A stretch of 64,000 nt of DNA from Aulosira sp. ZfuVER01 (GCA_034530615.2 JAVRCV020000049.1:192001-256000), one strand, 5' to 3'; positions 40,194 to 50,643 are shown, counted from the stretch's first letter. Notes: generated from the letters alone by a model not told the origin. Numbers and translations: made by a program.

Positions 40194-40367
40194 ATATTAT
40201 GTTTTCAATTGCCAAGTGCCGCAGATGCTTTAAAAGCAGGTAAGTCTTTAAAATATGTAGGGATTTTCGCCCAGCGATTCGTTTGCTAACTGTACCTTAT
40301 CTATCAACCGCATTAGGAGATCTGCAATGGCAACCCATGATGCAACGCCTGATAAACTAGTAGCAGC
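40194..40367 (+). pseudogene. Degenerate duplicate of the bioF 3' end
   Basis: atattatgttttcaattgccaagtgccgcag...cccagcgattcgt...tctgcaatggc...tgataaact.gtagcagc matches 39488-39660 with indels. Confidence 0.9.
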
Positions 40368-40626
40368 TTCAAAAGCAATGCAACCATAGCTTGACATTAG
40401 TTTATTACTTGTCATTAATAACTAATGTTTCATTCTTAAAATACAACACGAAAAGTCAAATTATCCCCTCACTTTGTTTCATCGTGAAAATGAACCCCAC
40501 AAATGGACTGCTTAAGACAAGGCGCTTCACCTCTACGCAGTAATTTTAAGAATAATTTTAAGAAATTGTATAGTCAGCAATTTCAATGAGAGAATCTGAG
40601 CTTATTTTCTCAATGTAAAGGAAGAC

Positions 40627-40902
40627 ATGGACGATCGCAAACAAGCTCTCCAGTCCATCGCTGCTGCACGCTGGCGGGTATCTCTAATGCTAAGTGGGGC
40701 CATGATGGTGATTTATTTTGGCTTTATTCTGCTGATTGCCTTCAATAAGCCTTTATTAGGGTCTTTAATTCTTCCTGGGCTGAGTCTGGGTATTTTGCTG
40801 GGGGCGCTGGTAATTGTCTCAGCATGGGTATTAATTTTTCTCTATGTGCGCTGGGCAAATAACAAATATGACAACCGCATCAGTAATCTAACACGCAAGT
40901 GA
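40627..40902 (+). CDS. DUF485 (YjcH-like) membrane protein
   Basis: Two TM helices, YFGFILLIAF and YVRWAN..YD; directly upstream of actP. Confidence 0.85.
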   Translation: MDDRKQALQSIAAARWRVSLMLSGAMMVIYFGFILLIAFNKPLLGSLILPGLSLGILLGALVIVSAWVLIFLYVRWANNKYDNRISNLTRK

Positions 40903-40944
40903 ATAGCTATACCTGTATCAAAAATTCAAAATTGTAACCAAAAT

Positions 40945-42522
40945 ATGATCGTAAATAGTCTCTGGTATATTCCGCAACTGGCTGTAGCTGATGTTAGCAG
41001 CCTTGGACGTTTCAATCCGTTGGCGATCGCCTTTTTCTTCCTGTTTGTGGCAAGTTCTCTAGGTATTACCTTCTGGGCTGCCAAGATGACTAAAAGCACA
41101 TCCCACTTTTACACAGCTGGGGGTAAGATCAGCGGTTTCCAAAATGGGCTAGCTTTAGCAGGAGACTTTATGAGTGCAGCTAGCTTTTTAGGGATTGCTG
41201 GACTGGTTGCACTCAATGGTTTTGACGGTTTAATTTATTCCATCGGCTTTTTAGTAGGCTGGCCTATCGTCATGTTTCTCATTGCCGAACCACTGCGGAA
41301 TTTAGGCAAATATACTTTTGCAGATGTGGTAGCTTATCGCTTGCAGCAAAAACCTGTACGCATCGCCGCCGCCATTGGTACATTAGCAGTCATCAGCTTT
41401 TATTTAATTGCCCAAATGGTAGGTGCGGGCGAACTTGTCAAACTATTGTTTGGTTTTGATTATGAATTAGCCGTAGTCATCGTTGGCGGCGTAATGATGG
41501 CTTACGTGATTTTTGGCGGGATGATTGCTACTACCTGGGTACAAATTATCAAAGCAGTTTTGCTGTTAGGCGGAACTATTTTGTTATCTATTTTGGTATT
41601 GGCAAAATTTGGTTTTAATCCCCTCAATCTCTTCGCCGCCGCTGCTGATAAATATTCTGGTGTATTAGCACCTGGTAAGCAAGTTTCCGATCCCTGGGAT
41701 GCAATTTCCTTGGGGATGTCGTTGATGTTTGGTACTGCGGGATTACCTCATATTTTGATGCGTTTCTACACAGTACCAGATGCCAAAGCAGCCAGAGTTT
41801 CAGTAACTTATGCCACAGCTTTTATTGGCTTTTTCTATCTTCTCACCTTTATTCTTGGCTTTGGAGCAATGGTACTAGTTGGTCAAGATGCCATCAAGCA
41901 AATTGGCACTGGTGGTAACATGGCTGCACCAATGTTAGCCGAATTTCTCGGTGGAGATGCTTTCTTAGGCTTTATTGCGGCTGTATCCTTCGCCACGATT
42001 TTAGCGGTAGTTGCAGGTTTAACACTTTCTGGTGCAGCGGCATTATCTCATGATTTATGGGTGAATGTGGTGCGAGGAGGTCATGCCAATGAATCAGAAC
42101 AACTGAAAGTAGCTCGTGGTGCGACAATGCTTTTAGGTGCATTGGCGATTATCCTGGGTATCTTATTCAAAGGACAAAACGTAGCCTACATGGTAGGTTT
42201 AGCATTTGCGATCGCAGCTAGTGCCAATTTCCCTGCTTTACTGCTATCGATGCTGTGGCGACGCTTCACCACCAATGGTGCTGTAGCGAGTATGTTAGTC
42301 GGAACCTTCGCCTCTTTGATATTGATTTATTGCTCCCCTACAATCCAGGTAACAATCCTCAATCATCCGGATGCACTTTTCCCATTAAAAAATCCTGGTT
42401 TGGTCACTATTCCCCTATCATTTATTGTGGGGATTATTGTTTCTCTAATGTCTAGCGAAACACAGGCAGAAGAAAAATTTGCAGAAGTCGAGAACCGCAT
42501 CCACATCGGTTCTGAAAATTGA
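40945..42522 (+). CDS. actP: Cation/acetate symporter (SSS family)
   Basis: [64 protein letters not shown]. Confidence 0.92.
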   Translation: MIVNSLWYIPQLAVADVSSLGRFNPLAIAFFFLFVASSLGITFWAAKMTKSTSHFYTAGGKISGFQNGLALAGDFMSAASFLGIAGLVALNGFDGLIYSIGFLVGWPIVMFLIAEPLRNLGKYTFADVVAYRLQQKPVRIAAAIGTLAVISFYLIAQMVGAGELVKLLFGFDYELAVVIVGGVMMAYVIFGGMIATTWVQIIKAVLLLGGTILLSILVLAKFGFNPLNLFAAAADKYSGVLAPGKQVSDPWDAISLGMSLMFGTAGLPHILMRFYTVPDAKAARVSVTYATAFIGFFYLLTFILGFGAMVLVGQDAIKQIGTGGNMAAPMLAEFLGGDAFLGFIAAVSFATILAVVAGLTLSGAAALSHDLWVNVVRGGHANESEQLKVARGATMLLGALAIILGILFKGQNVAYMVGLAFAIAASANFPALLLSMLWRRFTTNGAVASMLVGTFASLILIYCSPTIQVTILNHPDALFPLKNPGLVTIPLSFIVGIIVSLMSSETQAEEKFAEVENRIHIGSEN

Positions 42523-42542
42523 GTAACGGATTCTTCATTTTC

Positions 42543-42572
42543 TTATGGGGTGAGGGCAAAACTCATCCCATA
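42543..42572 (+). terminator. Hairpin after actP
   Basis: ttatggggtgag-ggcaaa-ctcatcccataa. Confidence 0.6.
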
Positions 42573-42705
42573 ATTATTTCTATCAAACTTTAGAGATTTA
42601 TCTTATTTTACTAAAATACTAACGATACTATGATACCAAAAGGTTCATAATGACAAGGCTTTCAGCCTGAGAGTCTTAATGTGCAGCCTCACATAAAATT
42701 GATAC

Positions 42706-42887
42706 AAGTAAGTCGGTGCTAATATTTCCAACTATGTTAAGGAATTTAAATGTAGAGTGTGTTGTCGCGCAGCGCAACGCACCGACACACCATTAACCTT
42801 TAAAGGTGCGTTAGCCTATGGCATAACACACCCTACCGATAATTTATATTTCTTTCCATACATTGAATTTTTCTCGTCTACTTACTT
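42706..42887. mobile_element. MITE-like element enclosing an inverted REP doublet
   Basis: Ends aagtaagt...acttactt; internal gtagagtgtgttg..caacgcacc (42752-42783) and ggtgcgtta..taacacaccctac (42805-42836). Confidence 0.6.
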
Positions 42888-42920
42888 AACACTTCTCCAC
42901 CCTATACTCAGCACTTAAAT

Positions 42921-43949
42921 ATGACTCAGGTGCAACAAACGACAATTGAAGGTATTTACGAAGTATGCATTGGAATTACAGAGCCAATTTCTGCAATTCA
43001 ATATTGGGAGCAATTTGGTTATCGCATTGGTGAAACGGGTGAACTATCCGCAGATGTAGCAAATCAATTATATAAAGTAAATTCACCTTTACGCTCGATC
43101 CGCCTTTACCATCAAAATGCCGATCATGGATTAATTCGGTTGATGATTTGGCAAAATCCCACAAATCAGGGATTAGGAACAGGGTCGATGAAAATAAAGG
43201 GAAATCGTTGGGCGACTGCTTTAACTGCTGATGCGTTAACTATTTTAAATCATGCAGAAGAAGCAAAAGCCGCAGGTTGGGATATTAGGTACACCAATCC
43301 TTACTGGGAAATTATCTACAACAAAGAAAGAAAAAGCCGACCTTTTATCGATCCGGCGGTTGGGGTGCGAGAAATGTTGTTATTGCAACCCTTAGCTAGA
43401 CAAGTTTTATTTCAACGCTTTGGTTATACACTGCCACATTATGGGCAAATCAACCAAAATGCTGCATTCAAGACTAGTCAGTTTACCCACATGGGGTTAA
43501 TTGTTCAGGATGACAGCAAGGAAATTCTGAAATTTTACGAAGACGTTTTAGGCTTGCTGCGGGTGCGTGATGATGTCGAGACTAGCTATGAATCTTCATT
43601 AGCAGGTCGGGATCTTTTTGACCTCAACCCTGGTGAAAAATTTATTGTTACCGCTTTTGATGACCCACGTTCTTCTGTGTCTGACTTCACGGCGGCGCGT
43701 AGTGGCAGACTTTATATTGTGCGATTTCCAGATGCGATAAATTTAGAGTCGCGGTTTGAAGCCGCACAACCAGGTAGCTTAGGAATGTCGTTATATACCT
43801 ACCGCGTGCGAGGAATTGAAACATATTGCGATCGCATTAGACAAAGTTCAGCACAAAATATAACTAACTTAGTCACCAATGAATTTGGCGAAATGAGTTT
43901 CTCCTTCATTGCACCCGATGGCTACTTCTGGACTTTGGTAGAAGCTTGA
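42921..43949 (+). CDS. VOC/glyoxalase-like family protein
   Basis: Repeated VOC modules (YEVCIG...YWEQFG; HMGL...FYEDVLGL; NEFGEMSFSFIAPDGYFWTL). Confidence 0.7.
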   Translation: MTQVQQTTIEGIYEVCIGITEPISAIQYWEQFGYRIGETGELSADVANQLYKVNSPLRSIRLYHQNADHGLIRLMIWQNPTNQGLGTGSMKIKGNRWATALTADALTILNHAEEAKAAGWDIRYTNPYWEIIYNKERKSRPFIDPAVGVREMLLLQPLARQVLFQRFGYTLPHYGQINQNAAFKTSQFTHMGLIVQDDSKEILKFYEDVLGLLRVRDDVETSYESSLAGRDLFDLNPGEKFIVTAFDDPRSSVSDFTAARSGRLYIVRFPDAINLESRFEAAQPGSLGMSLYTYRVRGIETYCDRIRQSSAQNITNLVTNEFGEMSFSFIAPDGYFWTLVEA

Positions 43950-43978
43950 GAGAAGGAAGATGAGGGGGAGAATAACAA

Positions 43979-44578
43979 ATGCCAAAATTAACAAAGCGAT
44001 CGCTGATGCTAATTTTACTAGCTTTGGTATCTGCCCTATTGCTAGCAATAACATCTACAGCTATCAGTATTTATGTGTATGGTAATAAAATTAATCATAA
44101 TCAGGCAGAAGCAGCAATTGTTTTAGGTGCAGCAGTTTGGGGAAAAGAACCATCTCCGGTTTTTAGAGAACGAATTAATCATGCTATTAATTTGTATAAA
44201 AATCAGGATGTTAATAAGATAATTTTTACTGGCGGAGTTGGCGAAAGTAATGAACCTGCTGAAGCTGTAGTTGGAAAACGCTATGCTTTAGCACGCAAAG
44301 TAAAATTAAATGATATTCTCACTGAAACGGAATCGCGAACTACTTACCAAAATCTCAAAAATGCTCGTTCAGTAGCATTTACTTCCCAAATAAATAAGTT
44401 TCTCATTGTTAGCGATCCATTACACATGAAACGGGCTGTAATGATGGCAAGAAATTTAGGAATGGATGCATATCCATCACCCACACCTACCACTCGCTAT
44501 AGTACTTTCCGTAGTCAAATTGACTTTCTTATACGAGAGACTTTTTTTTACTTTGTCTATCTCGTGTTTAAAATTTAA
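43979..44578 (+). CDS. YdcF/DUF218 (ElyC/SanA-like) protein
   Basis: N-terminal TM, IVLGAA, FTGG, ETESRTTYQN, VSDPLHMKRA, RE. Confidence 0.88.
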   Translation: MPKLTKRSLMLILLALVSALLLAITSTAISIYVYGNKINHNQAEAAIVLGAAVWGKEPSPVFRERINHAINLYKNQDVNKIIFTGGVGESNEPAEAVVGKRYALARKVKLNDILTETESRTTYQNLKNARSVAFTSQINKFLIVSDPLHMKRAVMMARNLGMDAYPSPTPTTRYSTFRSQIDFLIRETFFYFVYLVFKI

Positions 44579-44670
44579 CTATTAAATTTTTTGCCTAATT
44601 GTCAGCAGCTTCAACCCGGAACATAGGTCAGAAGACTTGAAATAATTAGCAAAAGATCCAACCAAAAAAT

Positions 44671-45207
44671 ATGTTGATGAGAATTTGGGCTGTTACTGTT
44701 GTACTAACTTCTTCTTGGTTAATAACTGGTGTCATAGCTGCTGAACCAATCAAAGCTGTAGCAGCTTCTCCACAAAGCGATGCTCAACCAATTATTGTCA
44801 ATAAAGCAGATTTTGGGGTACAGCGAAAGGATTCCCAAGGTAAAGAAACTTTTATCCCCACTTTTAGAGTGCCACTTCAAGAAGGAAACAAATACGGTTG
44901 GCAAATTCAACTAAAAAATTACAAGGGTGCAGTGACTTGGAGAGAAGTTCTACGATTACCAAAACGTCCAGAAACTTGGGGTGTAGATGGTGGACAAGAC
45001 CTGGCAATCTCCCCAGATGGCAAAGAAGCCGTGACAAAGCGCACACAAAATACTACTGATGGGGTGATTAAAAATTTCTGGACGATCGCACCTGGCGACC
45101 CAGATGGTAAGCATAAGATACAGGTCTATATTGATGACCGCCTGATTGCTGCTTTTGAGTTTGAAATTGTGCCTTTGAAAAAGCCAAAAGCAGAAGGCAG
45201 AATCTAG
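44671..45207 (+). CDS. Secreted hypothetical protein (beta-rich)
   Basis: Signal peptide; YGW..., WREVLRLP..P..W, WTIAPGDPDG. Confidence 0.65.
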   Translation: MLMRIWAVTVVLTSSWLITGVIAAEPIKAVAASPQSDAQPIIVNKADFGVQRKDSQGKETFIPTFRVPLQEGNKYGWQIQLKNYKGAVTWREVLRLPKRPETWGVDGGQDLAISPDGKEAVTKRTQNTTDGVIKNFWTIAPGDPDGKHKIQVYIDDRLIAAFEFEIVPLKKPKAEGRI

Positions 45208-45267
45208 ATCGATGTAGTGTCGTAACTGCAAATAAAGCCCAAATTGTCACAAAGGCTTTACGCTAAA

Positions 45268-45310
45268 CATCTGGAAGCATAGCCTGGATAATTTTGGCTG
45301 CTTCCAGATG
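45268..45310. terminator. Bidirectional hairpin between convergent genes
   Basis: catctggaagca...tgcttccagatg 12-bp perfect inverted repeat. Confidence 0.6.
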
Positions 45311-45333
45311 CAACAGCCTCTTAACCGACAGAG

Positions 45334-45368
45334 GCGATGTCTAGCGACAAGCCGCTTTGCGTCTACGC
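45334..45368. mobile_element. 27-nt small dispersed repeat inserted in a HIP1 site
   Basis: GCGAT[gtctagcgacaagccgctttgcgtcta]CGC. Confidence 0.7.
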
Positions 45369-45375
45369 AATTTTG

Positions 45376-45762
45376 CTAAACCTCAATTTTATAATCGAGT
45401 TCATGTTCATCCCCCGGTAGCCCACGAAAACCCCAATTATGCTTGGGATTCTCGAAGATTGTAATCTCTAAATCTTGGGAAGTGATACCTACTGAGAGCG
45501 ATCGCTCAAACAACAGCCGGATCAATTGTTTTTTTGCTGCTACACTCCGCCCTTCAATCATACTGAACTCGATGATGGTATAACGGTCAGTACGCCCAGA
45601 TGGGTAGTAAAAATCTGACTTATCTAACGGAAAAAAGCGATGTGCCCGCTTATTTGCGGGATACTGTAATGCTTCCATCATACAAGTATGAATTACATCC
45701 GAAAGCTGCTGTTTGATGGGGTTAAGATAATCCCGTATTCCGTAAATCTTGACTTGAACCAT
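45376..45762 (-). CDS. Tautomerase/MIF superfamily protein
   Basis: QVKIYG, LSDVIH..., RTDRYTIIEFSMIEGRSVAAKKQL, NWGFRG. Confidence 0.8.
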   Translation of the reverse strand: MVQVKIYGIRDYLNPIKQQLSDVIHTCMMEALQYPANKRAHRFFPLDKSDFYYPSGRTDRYTIIEFSMIEGRSVAAKKQLIRLLFERSLSVGITSQDLEITIFENPKHNWGFRGLPGDEHELDYKIEV

Positions 45763-45913
45763 ACTTTATTCTCTTTTTCACGATCGCGGTTAACTTTCTT
45801 AACTAAAATTACTTTTAAACCAGTGTTATTGAATGAACTAATAACTTTGATACTCTAGCTCCTCGAAATTTTACTTAATCAATAGTTGTTTTTATTGAGT
45901 AACCTAAAATTTA

Positions 45914-45956
45914 GTATCAAAGATAACAATTTAATGGTTAAATATCAAACTAATAT
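45914..45956 (+). promoter_or_regulatory. NtcA-activated promoter of urtA
   Basis: GTATCAAAGATAAC (GTA-N8-AAC variant) followed 23 nt later by TAATAT (TAN3T -10 box). Confidence 0.75.
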
Positions 45957-46027
45957 CACAGTTTAAAGCTCGATCTAGCGAACTTTCTAGCAGCTAGCTG
46001 ATTCATTGGAGGAAAATTAACAACTAT

Positions 46028-47332
46028 ATGAGTAGACTTAACCGACGTAGGTTTTTGATTTACAGCTCTGCAACTATTGGTAGTAGCATCTTTCTAAAGG
46101 CTTGCGTCAATAATTCTCCCAGCACTACGACGAACACCCCGACTGCTGCTCCTGTGGCTGCTGCTACTGGTGACAAAATCAAAATAGGTATTCTGCACTC
46201 CCTCAGTGGCACAATGGCTATTAGTGAAAAAAGTGTCGTCGATGCTGAGAAATTAGCTATCAAAGAAATTAACGCCGCTGGTGGTGTTTTAGGTAAACAA
46301 ATTGAAGCAATTGTCGAAGATGGTGCTTCTAACTGGGATACCTTTAGAGAAAAAGCCACCAAGTTGATCGATCAAGATAAAGTAGCTGTAGTTTTTGGCT
46401 GTTGGACTTCAGCTAGCCGCAAAAATGTTAAACCAGTCTTTGAAAGTAAAGACCACATGCTGTGGTATCCCGTGCAGTATGAAGGTCAAGAGTGTTCTAA
46501 AAACATTTTTTACACAGGTGCAGCACCAAATCAACAAATTGAACCTTCTGTTGATTGGTTGTTAAAAAATAAAGGCAAAGAATTCTTTTTAGTAGGCTCG
46601 GACTACGTTTTCCCTCGGACTGCTAACACGATTATAAAAGCCCAATTAGAAGCTCTAGGTGGAAAAACAGTTGGTGAAGATTACTTACCCTTGGGTAATA
46701 CAGAAGTTACACCAATCATCACAAAAATTAAGCAAAATTTGCCCAACGGTGGGGTAATTTATAACACATTGAATGGTGATAGCAATGTAGCATTCTTCAA
46801 ACAATTGAAAGGTGCTGGATTAACACCAGACAAATATCCTTCTATGTCGGTAAGTATTGCCGAAGAAGAAGTTAAGGCAATTGGTGTTGAATATCTAAAA
46901 GGTCACTACGCTGCTTGGAATTACTTCCAAACAGTAGACACTCCTGCTAATAAGAAATTTGTCGAAGCTTTTAAAAAAGAATATGGTGCTGACCGGGTAA
47001 CAAATGACCCAATGGAAGCTGCATATATCGCCGTTTATTTGTGGAAGCAAGCAGCAGAAAAAGCAGGTAGTCCTGACTTAGCTAAAGTGCGTGCTGCGGC
47101 TTATGGTCAAACCATCGATGCACCAGAAGGCAAAGTGACAGTAAATGCTAATCATCACATATCCAAAGTAGTGCGGATTGGTCAAGTTAGAGATGATGGT
47201 TTGTTTAATATTGTCTATGCTACACCTGCACCAGTTGACCCAGTTCCTTGGAATCAATTTGTGAAAGAGACTAAGGGATTTGCTTGTGATTGGTCAGATC
47301 CAGCTAAGGGTGGTAAGTACAAAAAAGCTTAA
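46028..47332 (+). CDS. urtA: Urea ABC transporter substrate-binding protein
   Basis: Tat-lipoprotein signal RRRFL...LKAC; GILHSLSGTMAISE, FGCWTSASRK, YPVQYEG, GSDYVFPR. Confidence 0.97.
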   Translation: MSRLNRRRFLIYSSATIGSSIFLKACVNNSPSTTTNTPTAAPVAAATGDKIKIGILHSLSGTMAISEKSVVDAEKLAIKEINAAGGVLGKQIEAIVEDGASNWDTFREKATKLIDQDKVAVVFGCWTSASRKNVKPVFESKDHMLWYPVQYEGQECSKNIFYTGAAPNQQIEPSVDWLLKNKGKEFFLVGSDYVFPRTANTIIKAQLEALGGKTVGEDYLPLGNTEVTPIITKIKQNLPNGGVIYNTLNGDSNVAFFKQLKGAGLTPDKYPSMSVSIAEEEVKAIGVEYLKGHYAAWNYFQTVDTPANKKFVEAFKKEYGADRVTNDPMEAAYIAVYLWKQAAEKAGSPDLAKVRAAAYGQTIDAPEGKVTVNANHHISKVVRIGQVRDDGLFNIVYATPAPVDPVPWNQFVKETKGFACDWSDPAKGGKYKKA

Positions 47333-47340
47333 GCAAAGAT

Positions 47341-47441
47341 AATTCGCAATTCGTGAGGGAGTTGCCGTCTTGGCGCTTTGCGTCGATGGCAAACTCCCGA
47401 ACCCGAAGGGTAATTCGTAATTAATTACCAATTACGAATTA
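47341..47441. repeat. AATTCGT STRR interrupted by a palindromic element
   Basis: aattcgcaattcgt-[gagggagttgccgtc...gatggcaaactccc-gaacccgaaggg]-taattcgtaatt...aattacgaatt. Confidence 0.7.
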
Positions 47442-47469
47442 TTCTGTTAGTAGCTTCGGAGAAAAATAC

Positions 47470-48630
47470 GTGTTAACTGGTTTTTTAGATGCTGTATTTA
47501 ATGGTACAAGCATCGGTTCTGTGTTATTAATTGCTGCCTTGGGATTAGCCATTATCTTTGGCTTAATGGGTGTGATTAATATGGCGCATGGCGAATTGAT
47601 GATGTTTGGAGCTTATACAACATTTGTTGTACAGAATGGCTGTAAACAATTAGGCGGATTTTGGTTTGAAATTTATATATTTTTGGCTTTAATCGTTGCT
47701 TTCATTTTCACGGCATTGATTGGTTTAATTCTAGAAAGAGGTGTGATTCGTTACCTCTATGGCCGACCACTAGAAACTCTGCTAGCAACTTGGGGAGTCA
47801 GTTTGATTTTTCAGCAGTTTGTGCGGAGTGTGAATTGGGTATTATTTATTGGCTTGATATTGTTTTGTTTGTTGTTTTTTGGTGGTTTATGGTTTTTAAA
47901 TTCCCGCACAAATTTAGAGAGAATTCGTAACTGGGTTGTAGGAGCGATTTTCTTGCTATCTTTGGGCATAACGATTACCACCAGCAATTTATTGAGTCAA
48001 ACTTATCAGCTAGCGGCCACTAAACCTTGGTTTGGCGCACAAAATCTTGATGTAACCGCACCTAGTTGGTTACAAACTGGTATATCTTTAGGCGGGGTGC
48101 AATTACCATTTGCCAGGTTATTTATTATTGCTTTGACAGCAATTTGTGTAGGGGGAATTTATCTCTTCTTACAGCGTTCTAACTGGGGATTAAAAATTAG
48201 GGCTGTTACCCAAAACCGCAGTATGAGTGCTTGTTTAGGTATCCCCACTCAAAAAGTTGATGCGATCGCATTTGCTTTGGGTTCTGGTTTAGCTGGTGTG
48301 GCTGGGTGTGCAATTAGTTTATTAGGTTCTGTGGGGCCTAATACCGGGCAAAATTACATTATCGACACATTTATGGTTGTGGTTGTCGGTGGTGTGGGTA
48401 ATTTAGCGGGTACTATTGTCGCTGCTTTAGGAATTGGTACAGCGAACTTTTTAATTGGTTCTGGAACTATAGCTTTGTTGTTGTCTCCTGTGAAGCCTTT
48501 AGCGGACTTTTTGACGTTTTTTGCAACAACAAGTATGGCCAAGGTGATGGTATTTCTACTGATTATTGTGTTTTTACAGTGGAAGCCTGCGGGGATGTTT
48601 CCGCAGAAAGGCCGGACTGTTGATGTTTAA
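47470..48630 (+). CDS. urtB: Urea ABC transporter permease
   Basis: GLMGVINMAHGE, YLYGRPLETLLATWG, FMVVVVGGVG. Confidence 0.95.
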   Translation: MLTGFLDAVFNGTSIGSVLLIAALGLAIIFGLMGVINMAHGELMMFGAYTTFVVQNGCKQLGGFWFEIYIFLALIVAFIFTALIGLILERGVIRYLYGRPLETLLATWGVSLIFQQFVRSVNWVLFIGLILFCLLFFGGLWFLNSRTNLERIRNWVVGAIFLLSLGITITTSNLLSQTYQLAATKPWFGAQNLDVTAPSWLQTGISLGGVQLPFARLFIIALTAICVGGIYLFLQRSNWGLKIRAVTQNRSMSACLGIPTQKVDAIAFALGSGLAGVAGCAISLLGSVGPNTGQNYIIDTFMVVVVGGVGNLAGTIVAALGIGTANFLIGSGTIALLLSPVKPLADFLTFFATTSMAKVMVFLLIIVFLQWKPAGMFPQKGRTVDV

Positions 48631-48651
48631 TATCACGCAGAGGCGCAGAGG

Positions 48652-49773
48652 ATGAAGCAAAAGAGGCGAAGATTAATCTTAATTGAGGCTGGGGTGGTGG
48701 TGGCGATCGCACTCATCCTGATTGTAATAATGCCAGTGGTGCTGTCAGAGTTTCGCTTGAATTTATTGGGGCGATTTTTGTCACTGGCGATTGTGGCTTT
48801 AGGTATTGATTTGATTTGGGGTTATACTGGCTTACTCAGTTTGGGACATGGTATTTTCTTTGGTCTGGGTGGATATGCGATCGCAATGTACCTAAAACTG
48901 CAAGTCCCACAAGGTGAGTTACCTGATTTCATGGGACTGTATGGTGTCACCGAACTTCCCTGGTTTTGGCGACCTTTTTATTCTTTCCCCGTAGCAGTAG
49001 CGGCTGTAGTCATCATTCCTGGGTTGCTGGCGGGATTGCTGGGATATTTAGTATTCCGCAATCGCATTAAGGGAGTTTACTTTTCAATTTTGACTCAAGC
49101 CGCAATTATCGTATTTTTCAACTTTTTTAACGGTCAACAACAATTTTTTAATGGGACAAATGGACTGATAGATTTCACAACATTGTTTGGTGCAACTGTC
49201 AGTTCGCCGCAAACAAAATTTATTTTCTACACACTCACAGTATTGTTTCTCGCCGCTACCTATGGGATTTGTCGCTGGTTAACAAGTGGACGTTTTGGAC
49301 GACTTTTAATAGCGATTCGAGATGATGAAAGCCGGGTAAGATTTTCTGGTTATGACCCTACAGATTTTAAAACATTAGTGTTTGCAGTTTCCGGTGCGAT
49401 CGCAGGCATAGCAGGAGCATTTTACACCCTGCAAAGTGGTTCCGTCTCACCCAGAGCAATGGATATTGCTTTTTCCATTGAAATGGTGATTTGGGTAGCC
49501 GTAGGAGGCCGTGCGACATTAATCGGCGCAATTGTGGGAACTTTATTAGTTAATTATGCTCGTGCTATTTTAAGCGAGCAATTTTCGGAAATTTGGCTAT
49601 TTTTCCAAGGCGCACTCTTTTTAATTGTCGTCACCGTCCTTCCTGACGGACTAGTAGGATGGTTGCGTAGTCAAAACATTGCTATTTTCAAACGTCCTCA
49701 AGAAATTTCTACATATCCCAGCTTGGAAGAAGATCCGGAAGTGCAACATGAACGCCAAAATCTTGGAAACTGA
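48652..49773 (+). CDS. urtC: Urea ABC transporter permease
   Basis: DLIWGYTGLLSLGHG, LPDFM, RIKGVYFSILTQA, SIEMVIWVAVGGR. Confidence 0.95.
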   Translation: MKQKRRRLILIEAGVVVAIALILIVIMPVVLSEFRLNLLGRFLSLAIVALGIDLIWGYTGLLSLGHGIFFGLGGYAIAMYLKLQVPQGELPDFMGLYGVTELPWFWRPFYSFPVAVAAVVIIPGLLAGLLGYLVFRNRIKGVYFSILTQAAIIVFFNFFNGQQQFFNGTNGLIDFTTLFGATVSSPQTKFIFYTLTVLFLAATYGICRWLTSGRFGRLLIAIRDDESRVRFSGYDPTDFKTLVFAVSGAIAGIAGAFYTLQSGSVSPRAMDIAFSIEMVIWVAVGGRATLIGAIVGTLLVNYARAILSEQFSEIWLFFQGALFLIVVTVLPDGLVGWLRSQNIAIFKRPQEISTYPSLEEDPEVQHERQNLGN

Positions 49774-50494
49774 AAACGTCACTGTCAGTTTTGATGGTTT
49801 TAAAGCACTCAACCAGCTAAATTTTAGTATGGATGTGGGAGAATTGCGAGTAGTGATTGGCCCTAACGGTGCTGGTAAAACCACATTTCTTGATGTGATT
49901 ACAGGTAAAGTACAACCAACAGTAGGAAGAGTTTTATTTAAAGGTAAAAACTTACGTTCTATACCTGAACATCAAATTGCACGGCGAGGAATTGGGCGCA
50001 AATTTCAAACACCTAGAGTTTATCTCAACTTAACACCAAGAGAAAATTTAGAAATTACCAGCAACCGTAATAAGAATGTTTTTTCGACATTGTTTGGGCG
50101 TTCTCATACCACTGAACAGAAGAGTATTACAGGGCTATTAGAAACCATCGGTTTAACTTCTAAAGCAGACATCCCAGCTGCCTTATTATCCCACGGCGAA
50201 AAGCAACGTTTAGAAATTGGAATGTTAGTAGGACAGTCACCAGACTTATTACTTGTAGATGAACCAGTCGCAGGTTTAACCGATGAAGAAACATATAACA
50301 TCGGCGAACTACTTTTAACCTTAGCGCAGAGTCATTCAATTTTAGTGATTGAACATGACATGGAATTTGTACGTCAAATTGCCAAAAAAGTCACAGTTTT
50401 ACATGAAGGTACGGTACTGTGTGAAGGCAATTTTGAAGAAGTGCAAAATGATTCTCGCGTGATTGAAGTATATTTAGGAAAACAGGAAGTATGA
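49748..50494 (+). CDS. urtD: Urea ABC transporter ATP-binding protein
   Basis: VSFDGFKAL, GPNGAGKT, GRKFQTP, LSHGEKQRLEIGM, DEPVAG; ATG at 49748. Confidence 0.95.
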   Translation: MNAKILETENVTVSFDGFKALNQLNFSMDVGELRVVIGPNGAGKTTFLDVITGKVQPTVGRVLFKGKNLRSIPEHQIARRGIGRKFQTPRVYLNLTPRENLEITSNRNKNVFSTLFGRSHTTEQKSITGLLETIGLTSKADIPAALLSHGEKQRLEIGMLVGQSPDLLLVDEPVAGLTDEETYNIGELLLTLAQSHSILVIEHDMEFVRQIAKKVTVLHEGTVLCEGNFEEVQNDSRVIEVYLGKQEV

Positions 50495-50526
50495 ATTGGG
50501 GACTGGGGACTGAGAAGATGATAAAC

Positions 50527-50638
50527 AAATGTCTGGATCGCGGATTTTGACGGATTTTAAGATTACGCAGATTTTAAGATTACAACACCATTCCATAATC
50601 TGTGTTATCCCGTAATCCATCTAATCCGTGAGACATTT
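50527..50638. repeat. 9-nt-periodic hairpin repeat, left flank of the GxxExxY gene
   Basis: cgcggattttgacggattttaagattacgcagatt ... aatctgtgttatcccgtaatccatctaatccgtg; closed by aaatgtct/agacattt. Confidence 0.75.
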
Positions 50639-50643
50639 TTCGC

